From contig CAZDQE010000004.1 of the NCBI GenBank assembly GCA_964507395.1, positions 1,048 through 65,047 of the forward strand: 64,000 nucleotides of DNA, read 5' to 3'. Made by a program: the position numbers and the translations under genes. Source of the DNA: an uncultured Eubacteriales bacterium. GTDB lineage: Bacteria > Bacillota > Clostridia > Oscillospirales > Acutalibacteraceae. The notes beneath the pieces are model-generated. The model was given only the letters and a program-made list of their open reading frames with translations, was not told where the DNA came from and made no database searches. This document shows, piece after piece, positions 36,627-46,450 of this stretch. Every line of letters begins with the position of its first letter. Position 1 is the first letter of the stretch.

Positions 36627-38555
36627 ATGAGAGAAAAATTCTACATCACTACGGCTATAGCCTACACTTCAAGAAAACCGCATATCGGTAACAGTTATGA
36701 AATCGTTCTCACAGATGCTCTTGCGCGTTATAAGCGAATGCAGGGTTACGATGTATTTTTTCTCACCGGTACTGATGAACACGGTCAGAAGATTGAAGAA
36801 TATGCAAAAGCTGCTAATGTTACTCCAAAGGAATATGTAGATAAAGTTGCAGGAGAAATCAAAGGCATCTGCGACTTACTTAATACAACATATGATCACT
36901 TTATCAGAACAACTGATGAATACCACGAAAAAACAGTTCAGAAAATTTTCAAAAAACTTTATGAGCAGGGTGATATATATAAGAGCGAATACGAAGGTCT
37001 TTACTGTACTCCCTGCGAATCTTTCTGGACAGAATCTCAACTCGTTGACGGCAAATGTCCCGATTGCGGCAGAGAAGTAACAAAAGCAAAAGAGGAAGCA
37101 TATTTCCTTCGCCTTTCTAAATATCAGAAGCAGCTTGAAGAATATATTGAAGAAAACGACAACTTCATCTTCCCTGAAAGCAGAAAAAAGGAAATGCTCA
37201 ATAACTTCATTAAGCCCGGTCTTCAGGACCTCTGCGTTTCAAGAACTTCATTCAAATGGGGCATTCCTGTAAGCTTTGATGAAAAGCATGTTATTTATGT
37301 TTGGATTGATGCACTTTCAAATTATATTACTGCACTCGGATATGATCCTGACGGCAGCAGTGAACATTACAAAAAATACTGGCCTGCTGATGTGCATATT
37401 ATAGGTAAAGATATTGTACGTTTCCATACAATTTATTGGCCGATTATGCTTATGGCTCTCGGTGAGCCGTTGCCGAAACAGGTGTTTGGCCATCCATGGC
37501 TTCTTTTCGGCACTGACAAAATGTCAAAAAGCCGCGGTAATGTAATTTACGCTGATGACCTTGTGTCACTCCTCGGCGTTGATGCTGTAAGATACTATCT
37601 TCTTTCAGAAATGCCTTACACATCTGACGGTTCAATCACATATGAAACTATTATTGAAAGATATAATTCTGACCTTGCAAATACACTCGGAAATCTCGTT
37701 AACAGAACCATTGCAATGACTAACAAATATTTCGACGGAGTAATTACAAATCCCGAAGTAAAAGAAGATGTTGATGAAGAGCTGATTTCACTTGCTCTTT
37801 CTACAGTAACAAAGGTTGACGAGCTTATTTCTCAGTACAGAGTAAGCGACGCTCTTGATGCAATCATTTCACTTGCAAAGAGAAGCAATAAATACATTGA
37901 CGAAACAATGCCATGGGCACTTGCTAAAGACGAAGAGAAAAAAGCAAGACTTGCAACCGTTCTTTACAATCTTCTTGAAAGTATAAGATTTACTGCAATT
38001 CTTCTTTCTCCCTTTATGCCTGAAACTTCTGAAAAGATTTTTGCACAGCTCAATACCTCAGTAAAAGATTATGACAGTCTTCAAGCTTTCGGAAATCTTG
38101 AAAAAGACAATAAGGTTACTGTACCTACTCCCCTCTTTAACAGAATTGATGCTGAAAAAATGCTTGCTGAAATTGAAGAGAAAAACAAAGCAGCTCAGGA
38201 AGAAGAGAAGCTTGTGCTTGACGGTATTGCAAAAATCGGAATTGACGATTTTGCAAAAGTAGATCTCAGAGTAGCTAAAATTACAGCATGCGAGCCTGTC
38301 AAAAAAGCCAAGAAACTTCTTAAACTGACTCTTGATGACGGCACTGCAAATCCCAGAACGGTTGCTTCGGGAATAGCACCATGGTACAAGCCGGACGAAC
38401 TTATAGGACACAATGTAATTGTTGTTTCAAATCTTAAGCCTGCAACTCTTTGCGGTGTTGAGAGTCAGGGCATGATTCTTGCTGCAGATTGCGATGAGGA
38501 TGATGTTAAAGTGATATTCGTTGACAACATGCCTGTAGGTGCAAAAATCAGATAA
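36627..38555 (+). CDS. metG: Methionine--tRNA ligase (with C-terminal tRNA-binding EMAP/Trbp111-like domain)
   Basis: HIGN (HIGH-class motif), KMSKS, zinc knuckle CTPCE...CPDCG, C-terminal VA.I......A..L..L.LD.G. Confidence 0.95.
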   Translation: MREKFYITTAIAYTSRKPHIGNSYEIVLTDALARYKRMQGYDVFFLTGTDEHGQKIEEYAKAANVTPKEYVDKVAGEIKGICDLLNTTYDHFIRTTDEYHEKTVQKIFKKLYEQGDIYKSEYEGLYCTPCESFWTESQLVDGKCPDCGREVTKAKEEAYFLRLSKYQKQLEEYIEENDNFIFPESRKKEMLNNFIKPGLQDLCVSRTSFKWGIPVSFDEKHVIYVWIDALSNYITALGYDPDGSSEHYKKYWPADVHIIGKDIVRFHTIYWPIMLMALGEPLPKQVFGHPWLLFGTDKMSKSRGNVIYADDLVSLLGVDAVRYYLLSEMPYTSDGSITYETIIERYNSDLANTLGNLVNRTIAMTNKYFDGVITNPEVKEDVDEELISLALSTVTKVDELISQYRVSDALDAIISLAKRSNKYIDETMPWALAKDEEKKARLATVLYNLLESIRFTAILLSPFMPETSEKIFAQLNTSVKDYDSLQAFGNLEKDNKVTVPTPLFNRIDAEKMLAEIEEKNKAAQEEEKLVLDGIAKIGIDDFAKVDLRVAKITACEPVKKAKKLLKLTLDDGTANPRTVASGIAPWYKPDELIGHNVIVVSNLKPATLCGVESQGMILAADCDEDDVKVIFVDNMPVGAKIR

Positions 38556-38571
38556 ATTTAAGGTGAGCAAA

Positions 38572-39333
38572 ATGGGAAAAATATTTGATTCTCATGCTCA
38601 TTATGATGATGAAAAATTTGAAACAGACCGTCGGGAGGTTCTTGACGGTCTGTTTTCGGATAAAGTGTGCGGTATCATTAACTGCGGATGTGATTTGAAA
38701 TCATCTTTAATGAGCATAAAACTTGCAAATAAATATGAAGGAATTTATGCAGCAGTAGGTGTACATCCGCACGAGGCAGAAGATGTAAGCGAAGAAGAAT
38801 TTCTGAAAATCATGAAACTTCTTGATGAAAGCAAAGTGGTCGCAATCGGTGAAATCGGTCTTGACTTTCATTATGATTTTTCACCGAGAGATAAACAAAT
38901 TGAAATGTTTGAAAGACAGGTAAAGCTTTCTAAAGAACTTGACATTCCAATAATTGTTCATGACAGAGAAGCGCACGAAGAAACATATAAAATTCTTCGA
39001 AAATACCGTCCGAAAGGCGTTGTTCACTGTTTTTCAGGCAGCGTTGAGCTCGCTAAAGAAACAATAAAAATGGGCATGTATATCGGCCTTGGCGGTGCTG
39101 TAACATTCAAAAATGCAGTAAAACCTGTAGAAGTCGCCTCTTACACACCGATGGATAGAATCCTGCTCGAAACCGATGCACCATATATGGCACCTGTTCC
39201 TATGCGCGGAAAAAGATGCACATCCGACATGATCGAGCATACTGCGTTAAGGATTGCGGAAATTAAGGGACTCGACTATGAAACCGTTGTCGATACTGCT
39301 TACAAAAACACAAAGGAATTATTTGGTATTTAG
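38572..39333 (+). CDS. TatD family metal-dependent DNase/hydrolase
   Basis: FDSHAHYDD, IGEIGLDFHY, VVHCFSG, LLETDAPY. Confidence 0.85.
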   Translation: MGKIFDSHAHYDDEKFETDRREVLDGLFSDKVCGIINCGCDLKSSLMSIKLANKYEGIYAAVGVHPHEAEDVSEEEFLKIMKLLDESKVVAIGEIGLDFHYDFSPRDKQIEMFERQVKLSKELDIPIIVHDREAHEETYKILRKYRPKGVVHCFSGSVELAKETIKMGMYIGLGGAVTFKNAVKPVEVASYTPMDRILLETDAPYMAPVPMRGKRCTSDMIEHTALRIAEIKGLDYETVVDTAYKNTKELFGI

Positions 39334-39342
39334 GAGTAAAAT

Positions 39343-40329
39343 ATGAAAAGAGAAGATTTTGCAGCTCTCCCATCCCTCCTGAGAAGCTTTCTTACGTATC
39401 TGGAAGTTGTCCGCAACAAATCCTCACTGACAGTTCTTGAGTACGCATCAGACCTGAGAACTTTTCTCAGGTACATGAAAATAACACATAATTTAGTGCC
39501 TAAGACCGTAAAATTTGAAGAAATAGATATTTCTGATATTGATGCAAGATTTCTTGATGAAATAACACTGAACGATGGCTATGAGTTTCTTCTTTACTGC
39601 AAAAATGAAAGAAATAACGATTCTACCGCGAGAGCCAGAAAGGTAACATCACTTAAATCTTTTTTTAAATACCTTGATTCGCGTGAAAATGCAATAAAAG
39701 AGAATCCTTTCAGGGAATTGGAAGCACCAAAATTAAAAAAGACACTGCCGAAATATTTATCGCTTGAACAAAGCAGGATTCTTCTCAACTGCGTTTACAA
39801 TGATTCAAACCCGAATAAAGAACGTGATTTTTGCATACTCACCTTGTTTCTGAATTGCGGTCTCAGACTCGCAGAGCTCGTTGGCTTAAATCTTCGTCAC
39901 ATACATGATGACAATTCGATGACTGTTACAGGTAAAGGTAATAAGGAGCGGATTGTTTACCTTAATGCTGCATGTATCGCCGCTCTTAATAACTATTTAA
40001 AAGTCCGTCCAGTTGATGGTGTAAAAGATAAAGAAGCACTTTTTATCAGCAGAAACAAACAAAGAATCAGCAGAAGAACAGTTCAGAACATCGTCGAAAA
40101 CGCACTGCAGAAATCAGGTCTTGCAGACCTTGGCTTTTCAACGCATAAGCTAAGACACACGGCTGCTACGCTTATGTATCAGTACGGTGACGTTGATGTT
40201 TTATTGCTTAAAGAAATTTTGGGGCATGAAAACTTATCTACAACACAGATTTATACTCATGTAGCAGATGACCAGTTAAGAAATGCAGTAAATCTGAATC
40301 CGTTAAACAATACAGTTGATGAGGATTAA
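39343..40329 (+). CDS. Tyrosine recombinase, XerC/XerD family
   Basis: NCGLRLAELVGL, HKLRHTAATLM, LGHENLSTTQIYTH catalytic contexts. Housekeeping neighbourhood next to spoIIM. Confidence 0.8.
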   Translation: MKREDFAALPSLLRSFLTYLEVVRNKSSLTVLEYASDLRTFLRYMKITHNLVPKTVKFEEIDISDIDARFLDEITLNDGYEFLLYCKNERNNDSTARARKVTSLKSFFKYLDSRENAIKENPFRELEAPKLKKTLPKYLSLEQSRILLNCVYNDSNPNKERDFCILTLFLNCGLRLAELVGLNLRHIHDDNSMTVTGKGNKERIVYLNAACIAALNNYLKVRPVDGVKDKEALFISRNKQRISRRTVQNIVENALQKSGLADLGFSTHKLRHTAATLMYQYGDVDVLLLKEILGHENLSTTQIYTHVADDQLRNAVNLNPLNNTVDED

Positions 40330-40970
40330 AAGTTAAAAAGCTTTGTAATATAAACTGTCATTACTGCAGTAATCAGAGAAAGTATTGTACTGATTGAAAT
40401 TGTTATTATGAACTTCAGTAAGTATTGATTAAATTCTGTCCCTTCATTGCTGTTCTGACGCCTTTCATTCAGTATCTTCAGAAGCGAAATTGACATTTTA
40501 AAGCTGTCTTGTCCTGTTTTCAACAATATAAGACAAGCAATTATTTGAACCGGATAGACTACCAGCATGCAATAGCCGAAACCCTTAAGCGCAAATGATG
40601 TGTACAAATACGAGCTGAGCGCACCTATGCTAAGACCTTTGATTAAAACGGAAATCAGCGGCACGGGAAAACCGACGGCACATAAACCGAAAATAAAGTT
40701 TATAAATAAAATTCCGGCATTAATTATTGCGTTTTGCAAAAAGCATCTCAGAAAGGTTTGTCCGTCAAGAGAATCTATGTATGATTGAAATATATCACCA
40801 ATTGAATTATATATTTTTTCGTTTCCGTTAACAATAAAATTTCCGAGAAGCAAGCCGGTAAACAGCAACAAAAACAGAAAAAGCATCAGTACATGTTTTC
40901 TTGCTTCAAAAATAAAACCGCTTACATGTCCGTTTCTTTTTCGATTCGTCTTTATAATTTTAACATCCAT
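40326..40970 (-). CDS. spoIIM: Stage II sporulation protein M-like membrane protein
   Basis: ~210 aa polytopic membrane protein with a SpoIIM-type layout. Neighbours xerD as in other Firmicutes. Confidence 0.55.
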   Translation of the reverse strand: MDVKIIKTNRKRNGHVSGFIFEARKHVLMLFLFLLLFTGLLLGNFIVNGNEKIYNSIGDIFQSYIDSLDGQTFLRCFLQNAIINAGILFINFIFGLCAVGFPVPLISVLIKGLSIGALSSYLYTSFALKGFGYCMLVVYPVQIIACLILLKTGQDSFKMSISLLKILNERRQNSNEGTEFNQYLLKFIITISISTILSLITAVMTVYITKLFNF

Positions 40971-41040
40971 AAAAAAACCTCCTTGAATTTTAACTTCTCA
41001 AGTTAAATATATTCAAGGAGGAAATTTTTATGATTAAATT

Positions 41041-41673
41041 TTATTTAGTGCCGAAAATTCTGTCTCCTGCATCCCCAAGACCGGGTACAATATAACCGTG
41101 GTCATTGAGCTTTTCATCAAGTGAAGCAAGATAAACCTGCACATCAGGATGAGCTTTGCAAAGAGCATCAAGTCCTTCAGGTGCACCTATTATACCCATG
41201 AACTTAATTGATTTAGGACCTCTCTTTTTTATCTGAGAGATAGCATCAATTGCACTTCCGCCTGTCGCCAGCATGGGGTCAAGGACGATTACTTCACGTT
41301 CATGAATGTCGGCGGGAAGTTTACAGTAATATTCAACAGGCTTCAATGTTTCAGGATCTCTGTAAAGTCCGATATGTCCTACTCTTGCTGAGGGAACAAG
41401 CGATAAAACACCGTCAACCATGCCAAGTCCTGCCCTGAGAATAGGCACAAATGCAAGCTTTTTGCCTGCCAGTACATTCTTTGTAGTTTTGCAAATAGGA
41501 GTTTCAATCTCAATTTCTTTGAGAGAAAGGTCTCTTGTTGCCTCATAGCACATAAGCATGGCAATTTCGCTTACCAACGCTCTGAATTCATTTGAAGCAG
41601 TTGAAGTTTTGCGCATAAGAGTAAGCTTATGCTGAATAAGCGGATGGTTAGTAATTGTAACTTTTTCGTTCAT
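41041..41673 (-). CDS. upp: Uracil phosphoribosyltransferase
   Basis: [43 protein letters not shown]. Confidence 0.95.
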   Translation of the reverse strand: MNEKVTITNHPLIQHKLTLMRKTSTASNEFRALVSEIAMLMCYEATRDLSLKEIEIETPICKTTKNVLAGKKLAFVPILRAGLGMVDGVLSLVPSARVGHIGLYRDPETLKPVEYYCKLPADIHEREVIVLDPMLATGGSAIDAISQIKKRGPKSIKFMGIIGAPEGLDALCKAHPDVQVYLASLDEKLNDHGYIVPGLGDAGDRIFGTK

Positions 41674-41694
41674 AATAAATTACCTCCGTACAGA

Positions 41695-42135
41695 TTAGTT
41701 TTCGTTCTCAATTGCTGTAATTTTATCAACTCTTAAAGCATGTCTGCCACCCTCAAAACCTGTTGAAAGGAAAATATCAACAAGCTCACATGCAAGTCCG
41801 GGGCCAACAACCCTGCCTCCGAGGCAAAGGACATTCGCATCATTGTGCAGACGTGTAAATTTCGCTGAAAATTCATCAGAGCATACTGCTGCACGAATAC
41901 CTTTGTGTTTGTTAGCGGCAATTGAAATTCCGATGCCTGTACCGCATACAAGGATACCGTTTTCGCATTCACCGCCCAGAATACTCTGACATACAAGTTT
42001 TGCAATATCAGGATAGTCAACACTGTTTCCGTCGTATGTACCGAAATCCTTAAACTCAACACCATTTTCAGTAAGGTGAGCAATAATTTCTTTTTTTAAA
42101 TCGTAACCGCCATGGTCACAGCCGATTGCCAACAT
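41695..42135 (-). CDS. rpiB: Ribose-5-phosphate isomerase B
   Basis: IGCDHGGYDLK, CGTGIGISIAANK, R.HNDANVL.LG. Confidence 0.9.
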   Translation of the reverse strand: MLAIGCDHGGYDLKKEIIAHLTENGVEFKDFGTYDGNSVDYPDIAKLVCQSILGGECENGILVCGTGIGISIAANKHKGIRAAVCSDEFSAKFTRLHNDANVLCLGGRVVGPGLACELVDIFLSTGFEGGRHALRVDKITAIENEN

Positions 42136-42157
42136 TTTTATATTCCTCCAATTTAAT

Positions 42158-42853
42158 TTATTTCAGATTTTGTTTTTTCGCAAGCTCTCGTTGTGCCTGC
42201 GGAAGTCGTATATAATTTACTGAGATTTCTTCTGCATTTTTTCCTGAATAATTCATTGAACAAACTGCAACGGAAGAAGCTCTTTGTTTGCGGAGATTTA
42301 CAGGCGATAAATATAAAAAATTGATATCATCTTTGAGTTTATTATAGCATATTTCAGCTCCGTCGCCAACAAGTATTACAGATTTACCAATATTTTTAAT
42401 TTTCTCACCAAGCTCATCTATTGAGATTGCAACATCTTCCGACAAGCGTTTCACTTTACAACCATCAAAATTTTCAAAAAATGCTGTATAGACCTGATTA
42501 CATCTTGCATCCATTGCTGAGCATATAATTCCGTCAAAAACAGGAATATTATAGGCCATACTCTCTAAAGTTGAAACCTCAACACAAGGAATATTGTTCG
42601 TAAAGGCTACTCCCTTTACAGTGGCAATACCGATTCTGACTCCCGTAAATGATCCGGGACCGTTAGCAACGGCAATACTGTCAATATCATCTGACGTAAC
42701 ATTTGCATTCTTCATACAGCTTTCTATCATCGGCAAAAGTGTCTGGCTGTGTGTCAATCCTGTATCTGAAAAAACCTCACTTACAAGCTTACCGTCCTTA
42801 ATAATAGCTGCGCTTGCTGCAGTTGCAGAGCTTTCCACACCTAAAACTGTCAT
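42158..42853 (-). CDS. tsaB: tRNA t6A37 threonylcarbamoyl transfer protein TsaB
   Basis: Gcp-like inactive homologue pattern: LG.ESS......A, GPGSFTGVRIG. Adjacent to tsaE. Confidence 0.85.
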   Translation of the reverse strand: MTVLGVESSATAASAAIIKDGKLVSEVFSDTGLTHSQTLLPMIESCMKNANVTSDDIDSIAVANGPGSFTGVRIGIATVKGVAFTNNIPCVEVSTLESMAYNIPVFDGIICSAMDARCNQVYTAFFENFDGCKVKRLSEDVAISIDELGEKIKNIGKSVILVGDGAEICYNKLKDDINFLYLSPVNLRKQRASSVAVCSMNYSGKNAEEISVNYIRLPQAQRELAKKQNLK

Positions 42854-43288
42854 TTATGTATATGCCTCCCCTGACTCGAAAACTGTTATAATTCGGTCAT
42901 CATCGTTTTCGCCTTTTTCAAACTGAATTCTTATATACCCCTCAGGCAGTACGTTTTCGATATTTTCACTCCACTCAACTGCGAGAATACCGCCCATATC
43001 GAGATAATCGAAAAAACCCGTTGAATACAGGTCGTCCCACGTACTGATTCTGTACATATCAAAATGGTAAAAATGAGGATTTCCGCCGTAATCATGGACA
43101 ATTGCAAAAGTCGGACTGCTGATTTCAGAATCGTTTCCGAGACCTTTCGCCAATCCTCTTACAAAAGCAGTTTTACCCATTCCAAGGGTACCAAACATTG
43201 CGAGAACCTCATCTCCCTTTAAAGAAGAAGCAAGCTCTGAAGCAATTTTTTCTGTATCTGACGGGCTATGTGAAATGTATTTTTTCAT
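42854..43288 (-). CDS. tsaE: tRNA t6A37 ATPase TsaE
   Basis: P-loop GTLGMGKT, SPTF..VH.Y, HFD.YR. Confidence 0.85.
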   Translation of the reverse strand: MKKYISHSPSDTEKIASELASSLKGDEVLAMFGTLGMGKTAFVRGLAKGLGNDSEISSPTFAIVHDYGGNPHFYHFDMYRISTWDDLYSTGFFDYLDMGGILAVEWSENIENVLPEGYIRIQFEKGENDDDRIITVFESGEAYT

Positions 43289-43562
43289 TAATTTACCTCA
43301 AAAAAACTGTTTTTTATTATTATACCACTTTTCGAAAAAATGTAAATAACAAATGATAAAAAATAAGCCGTTTATATCGGCTTCCCAACATAATACGGCT
43401 ATTACAGACCGACGCAAACGCTCTTTGTCGCTCTGTAACTGTATTATATGTGCATCTGAACGAAATAAACAGGTAAATATAGTAAAAATATTAATAAAAG
43501 ACTTGCTTTTTTCGATTGACTGTGATAAAATATAACGAAATAATAATCGGAGGTAATATAAT

Positions 43563-43820
43563 ATGATGACAGGATATGAAATTGCATTGGCAGTTGGACT
43601 GATTCTTTTGTCTTTGTTCCTTATAGTTGTAGTTCTTCTTCAGGAAAGCAAATCAGCAGGTCTCTCAGGTGCAATTGCCGGCGGTGCTGATACTTTCTTC
43701 GGAAAACATAAAGGTCGCACAGTGGAAGCTAAACTTGCAAAGGCAACAAAAGTTGTTGCAGTTCTCTTCTTTGTACTTACTCTTGTTTCTTGCTTCCTTA
43801 TTGCATTCTTCAGAGGCTAA
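43563..43820 (+). CDS. secG: Preprotein translocase subunit SecG
   Basis: Two TM segments with [17 protein letters not shown]. ~85 aa. Confidence 0.85.
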   Translation: MMTGYEIALAVGLILLSLFLIVVVLLQESKSAGLSGAIAGGADTFFGKHKGRTVEAKLAKATKVVAVLFFVLTLVSCFLIAFFRG

Positions 43821-43833
43821 TTTAAAAAAATTC

Positions 43834-43862
43834 GGCTCACCGAAAGGTGAGCCTGTTTTTTT
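43834..43862 (+). terminator. secG terminator
   Basis: Stem GGCTCACC, loop GAAA, stem GGTGAGCC, followed by TGTTTTTTT. Confidence 0.8.
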
Positions 43863-43941
43863 ATAAACTTTTTTAAATCACTTGCATTACTATGTCAATA
43901 AAGGTATAATATTAGAGAATAAATTACAAGAGGTGCTTTCT

Positions 43942-45132
43942 TTGGAAAGTTTACGAAAAAATTTAGTTAAATTTATTAAAGGCACAGATTGGCTAATGAT
44001 GCTTTTGTGTCTCATAGCCTCCTCCGCAGGTGCACTGCTTGTTCACAGTGCTACATTGTACACACTGACTGAGGATCAGGTTATTTCCCGTGACACACGC
44101 ACAATGCTTCTCGCTGTTGCTTTGGGAATAGTTGTTGCTATTATTATTTCGCTGATTGACTACGAATTGATAATTAAAATCTGGCCTGTTATTGCTGCAG
44201 TTGCCCTGCTATTGATGGTTTCATTGTTTTTCTTTGGTGTAGGTCCTGATGCACGAAGCGACGCAAAAACCTGGCTCAAAATTACAAGTTCATTTTATTT
44301 TCAGCCTTCTGAGCTTGTAAAAATTGCATTTGTTGTTACATTTTCCGTACACCTTGAGCTGATTTCAGACAAGATAGACAAGGTTGTAAACATACTTTTG
44401 CTCACTGCCCATGCGATGATTTATGCAGGACTTGTAGCTCTTACAGGTGACATCGGTTCTGCTCTCGTGTTTATATTCATCTTCGTCGGCTTGATGTTTG
44501 TCGCAAATGTCAAACTCAGATACTTTGCCATCGGTCTGCTCGGTGTTATTGCCATGATACCTGTAGTCTGGACAAAGGTTTTCTCGGAAATTCAGAAAGA
44601 AAGATTTCTCGCCCTGATTTTTCCTGAATCCTACGGCGATGTTATCTATCAGCAGGACAACTGTATAAAAGCTATCGGCTCAGGCGGATTGTTTGGCAAA
44701 GGTCTTTTCAACGGTACTTTTACACAGAACGGAATCGTTCCTGAAAGTAAAAACGATATGATTCTTTCAGTTATCGGTGAAGAACTGGGTTTTGTAGGTT
44801 GTCTTGGTTTGCTTATACTTTTTTCTGTTATAGTTATAAAAATCATCAACAACGGAAGACGTGCTAAGGATAACACAGGCACTCTTATGTGCTACGGCAT
44901 TGCTTTTATGATTTTGTCTCAGATTGTAATTAATATCGGAATGTGCCTTCAGCTTTTGCCTGTTATCGGTATTACACTGCCATTCATGAGCGCCGGTGGT
45001 TCATCTACTCTTTCAATATACGTTGCAATAGGTCTTATAATGAGTGTATACAGACAAAACATTGAAACCGAGCCTGAGAACTTCATCGTCTCCGGAGTTG
45101 TAACACCTTATTCAAACTATAAAACAAAATAA
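43942..45132 (+). CDS. SEDS family peptidoglycan glycosyltransferase (FtsW/RodA/SpoVE)
   Basis: Ten-TM layout, QPSELVK, PESKNDMI and LPFMSAGGSS motifs. Start placed at the in-frame TTG at 43942 behind an AGAGGTG RBS (the maximal ORF begins at 43882). Confidence 0.8.
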   Translation: MESLRKNLVKFIKGTDWLMMLLCLIASSAGALLVHSATLYTLTEDQVISRDTRTMLLAVALGIVVAIIISLIDYELIIKIWPVIAAVALLLMVSLFFFGVGPDARSDAKTWLKITSSFYFQPSELVKIAFVVTFSVHLELISDKIDKVVNILLLTAHAMIYAGLVALTGDIGSALVFIFIFVGLMFVANVKLRYFAIGLLGVIAMIPVVWTKVFSEIQKERFLALIFPESYGDVIYQQDNCIKAIGSGGLFGKGLFNGTFTQNGIVPESKNDMILSVIGEELGFVGCLGLLILFSVIVIKIINNGRRAKDNTGTLMCYGIAFMILSQIVINIGMCLQLLPVIGITLPFMSAGGSSTLSIYVAIGLIMSVYRQNIETEPENFIVSGVVTPYSNYKTK

Positions 45133-45136
45133 AATT

Positions 45137-45174
45137 TCACCCCTGAGTTTTGTCGAAAACTCAGGGGTGATTTT
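45137..45174. terminator. Bidirectional terminator between the convergent SEDS and glycosyltransferase genes
   Basis: Perfect 15-bp stem TCACCCCTGAGTTTT / AAAACTCAGGGGTGA, loop GTCG, A/T runs on both sides. Confidence 0.85.
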
Positions 45175-45175
45175 A

Positions 45176-46375
45176 TCATTTCATGTTATCAAAATAATCT
45201 CCGAGTATTTTAACATAAGACATGCAATCAAGTCGTTTATCATCTTTGCAATTTGCATGAATTTCAGTTATCTGTTCGTTAGTAACCTTGCAGGATTCAG
45301 CAAAAGCTTTTTCAAAAGACTCATATGTAGCATCTTCTGAAATATAGCCGTTAACACCGTTAACAATATAATCCTTAAGGTCACTTGTGGGTGTCGTCAC
45401 AGACGGCACGCCCATTGCAAGACATTCAGAAAATTTAGTCGGGAAGCCTGCTAATGTTGGCTGAGAAATCAAACGGGCAAACACTGAAAAATCTGCTCTT
45501 GCAATTGCTTCAAGACAGGTCTTATTGTCACAGAAACCGTGAAAAGTGATTTTTTCATCTTTTGCTGCTGATTCGTTTGCAGGAAACTGTTCGATGAAAT
45601 CCTCAAGAGAAATACCGAATATGTCAAACCTTGCGTGGGAAGGGGCATATTTTGCAAAGGCCTTGACACACCAGTCAACTCTGTCCTTACTACCCTTATA
45701 GCCGGGATTACCTGAATATACGTATCTGAGAACTCCATCATTTTTATATTCGGGTAAATTCTGAAATCTTTTATCAGTAGAAACTGTCAGCGAGGGAACG
45801 ATAATACAGTTGCATCCGTGTTTCTTAGTGTAATAATCATATAAGAAAGAACTGATCGTAATTACATTTTTGATTTTTGGTTTCAGTATTTTCACATAAA
45901 CCTCTTCATCAAGCTTTTTATATGTTCTTCTGATAATATTACCTGTAAATTTATCAAACCAGTCCTCGGTATCAGAAACCATGTGAATTCCATGTTTTTT
46001 AGCAAAGCGCATAAGACCATAGAAATTTGTAGAGCCTATACTGCAACAGACAATTGAATGTATACCCTCTTCAAGATAATCAGATATAAGGTCTGTCAAT
46101 TTTTTATATGTTACAGCATCCCTCACCCAGTCTGAGTTTGAAATTGGATAAGGAACATTATAACAGTCAAAACCATTGACCTTGAAGTGTGTTTCTTTGA
46201 TGTTCTTAGATGTATTTTTGTCCTTGCTGTAACCGATAAGAATTGGACGGTATCCGGCTTCTCTGAGTGCAATACAGTTTGCAAGAACTCTGTGTGCAAG
46301 GGCATTTATATCAGGCAATTCAATATGTGCAATGTAAAAAATTATCTTCCCGTTTTCTTTATTGTGTTTTTTCAT
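45176..46375 (-). CDS. Glycosyltransferase, GT4 (GT-B fold) family
   Basis: C-terminal FP.K..E..A.G.P motif region (GFPTKFSECLAMGVPSV), typical of GT4. 399 aa. Confidence 0.7.
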   Translation of the reverse strand: MKKHNKENGKIIFYIAHIELPDINALAHRVLANCIALREAGYRPILIGYSKDKNTSKNIKETHFKVNGFDCYNVPYPISNSDWVRDAVTYKKLTDLISDYLEEGIHSIVCCSIGSTNFYGLMRFAKKHGIHMVSDTEDWFDKFTGNIIRRTYKKLDEEVYVKILKPKIKNVITISSFLYDYYTKKHGCNCIIVPSLTVSTDKRFQNLPEYKNDGVLRYVYSGNPGYKGSKDRVDWCVKAFAKYAPSHARFDIFGISLEDFIEQFPANESAAKDEKITFHGFCDNKTCLEAIARADFSVFARLISQPTLAGFPTKFSECLAMGVPSVTTPTSDLKDYIVNGVNGYISEDATYESFEKAFAESCKVTNEQITEIHANCKDDKRLDCMSYVKILGDYFDNMK

Positions 46376-46450
46376 CTCAATACCTCATATAACCGAAATT
46401 TTACTCTTATATTTTATCATGGCAGACCTGAAAGGTCAATCGACACAGTG

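Noticed and set aside
43289-43562. 270-nt intergenic region before secG (with the 60-aa ORF at 43353-43535), examined as a possible small RNA or riboswitch.
   Set aside because: There is only one short hairpin (AAGCCG/CGGCTT) and promoter-like elements. No recognisable riboswitch, 6S, SRP or tmRNA features. The ORF lacks an RBS.
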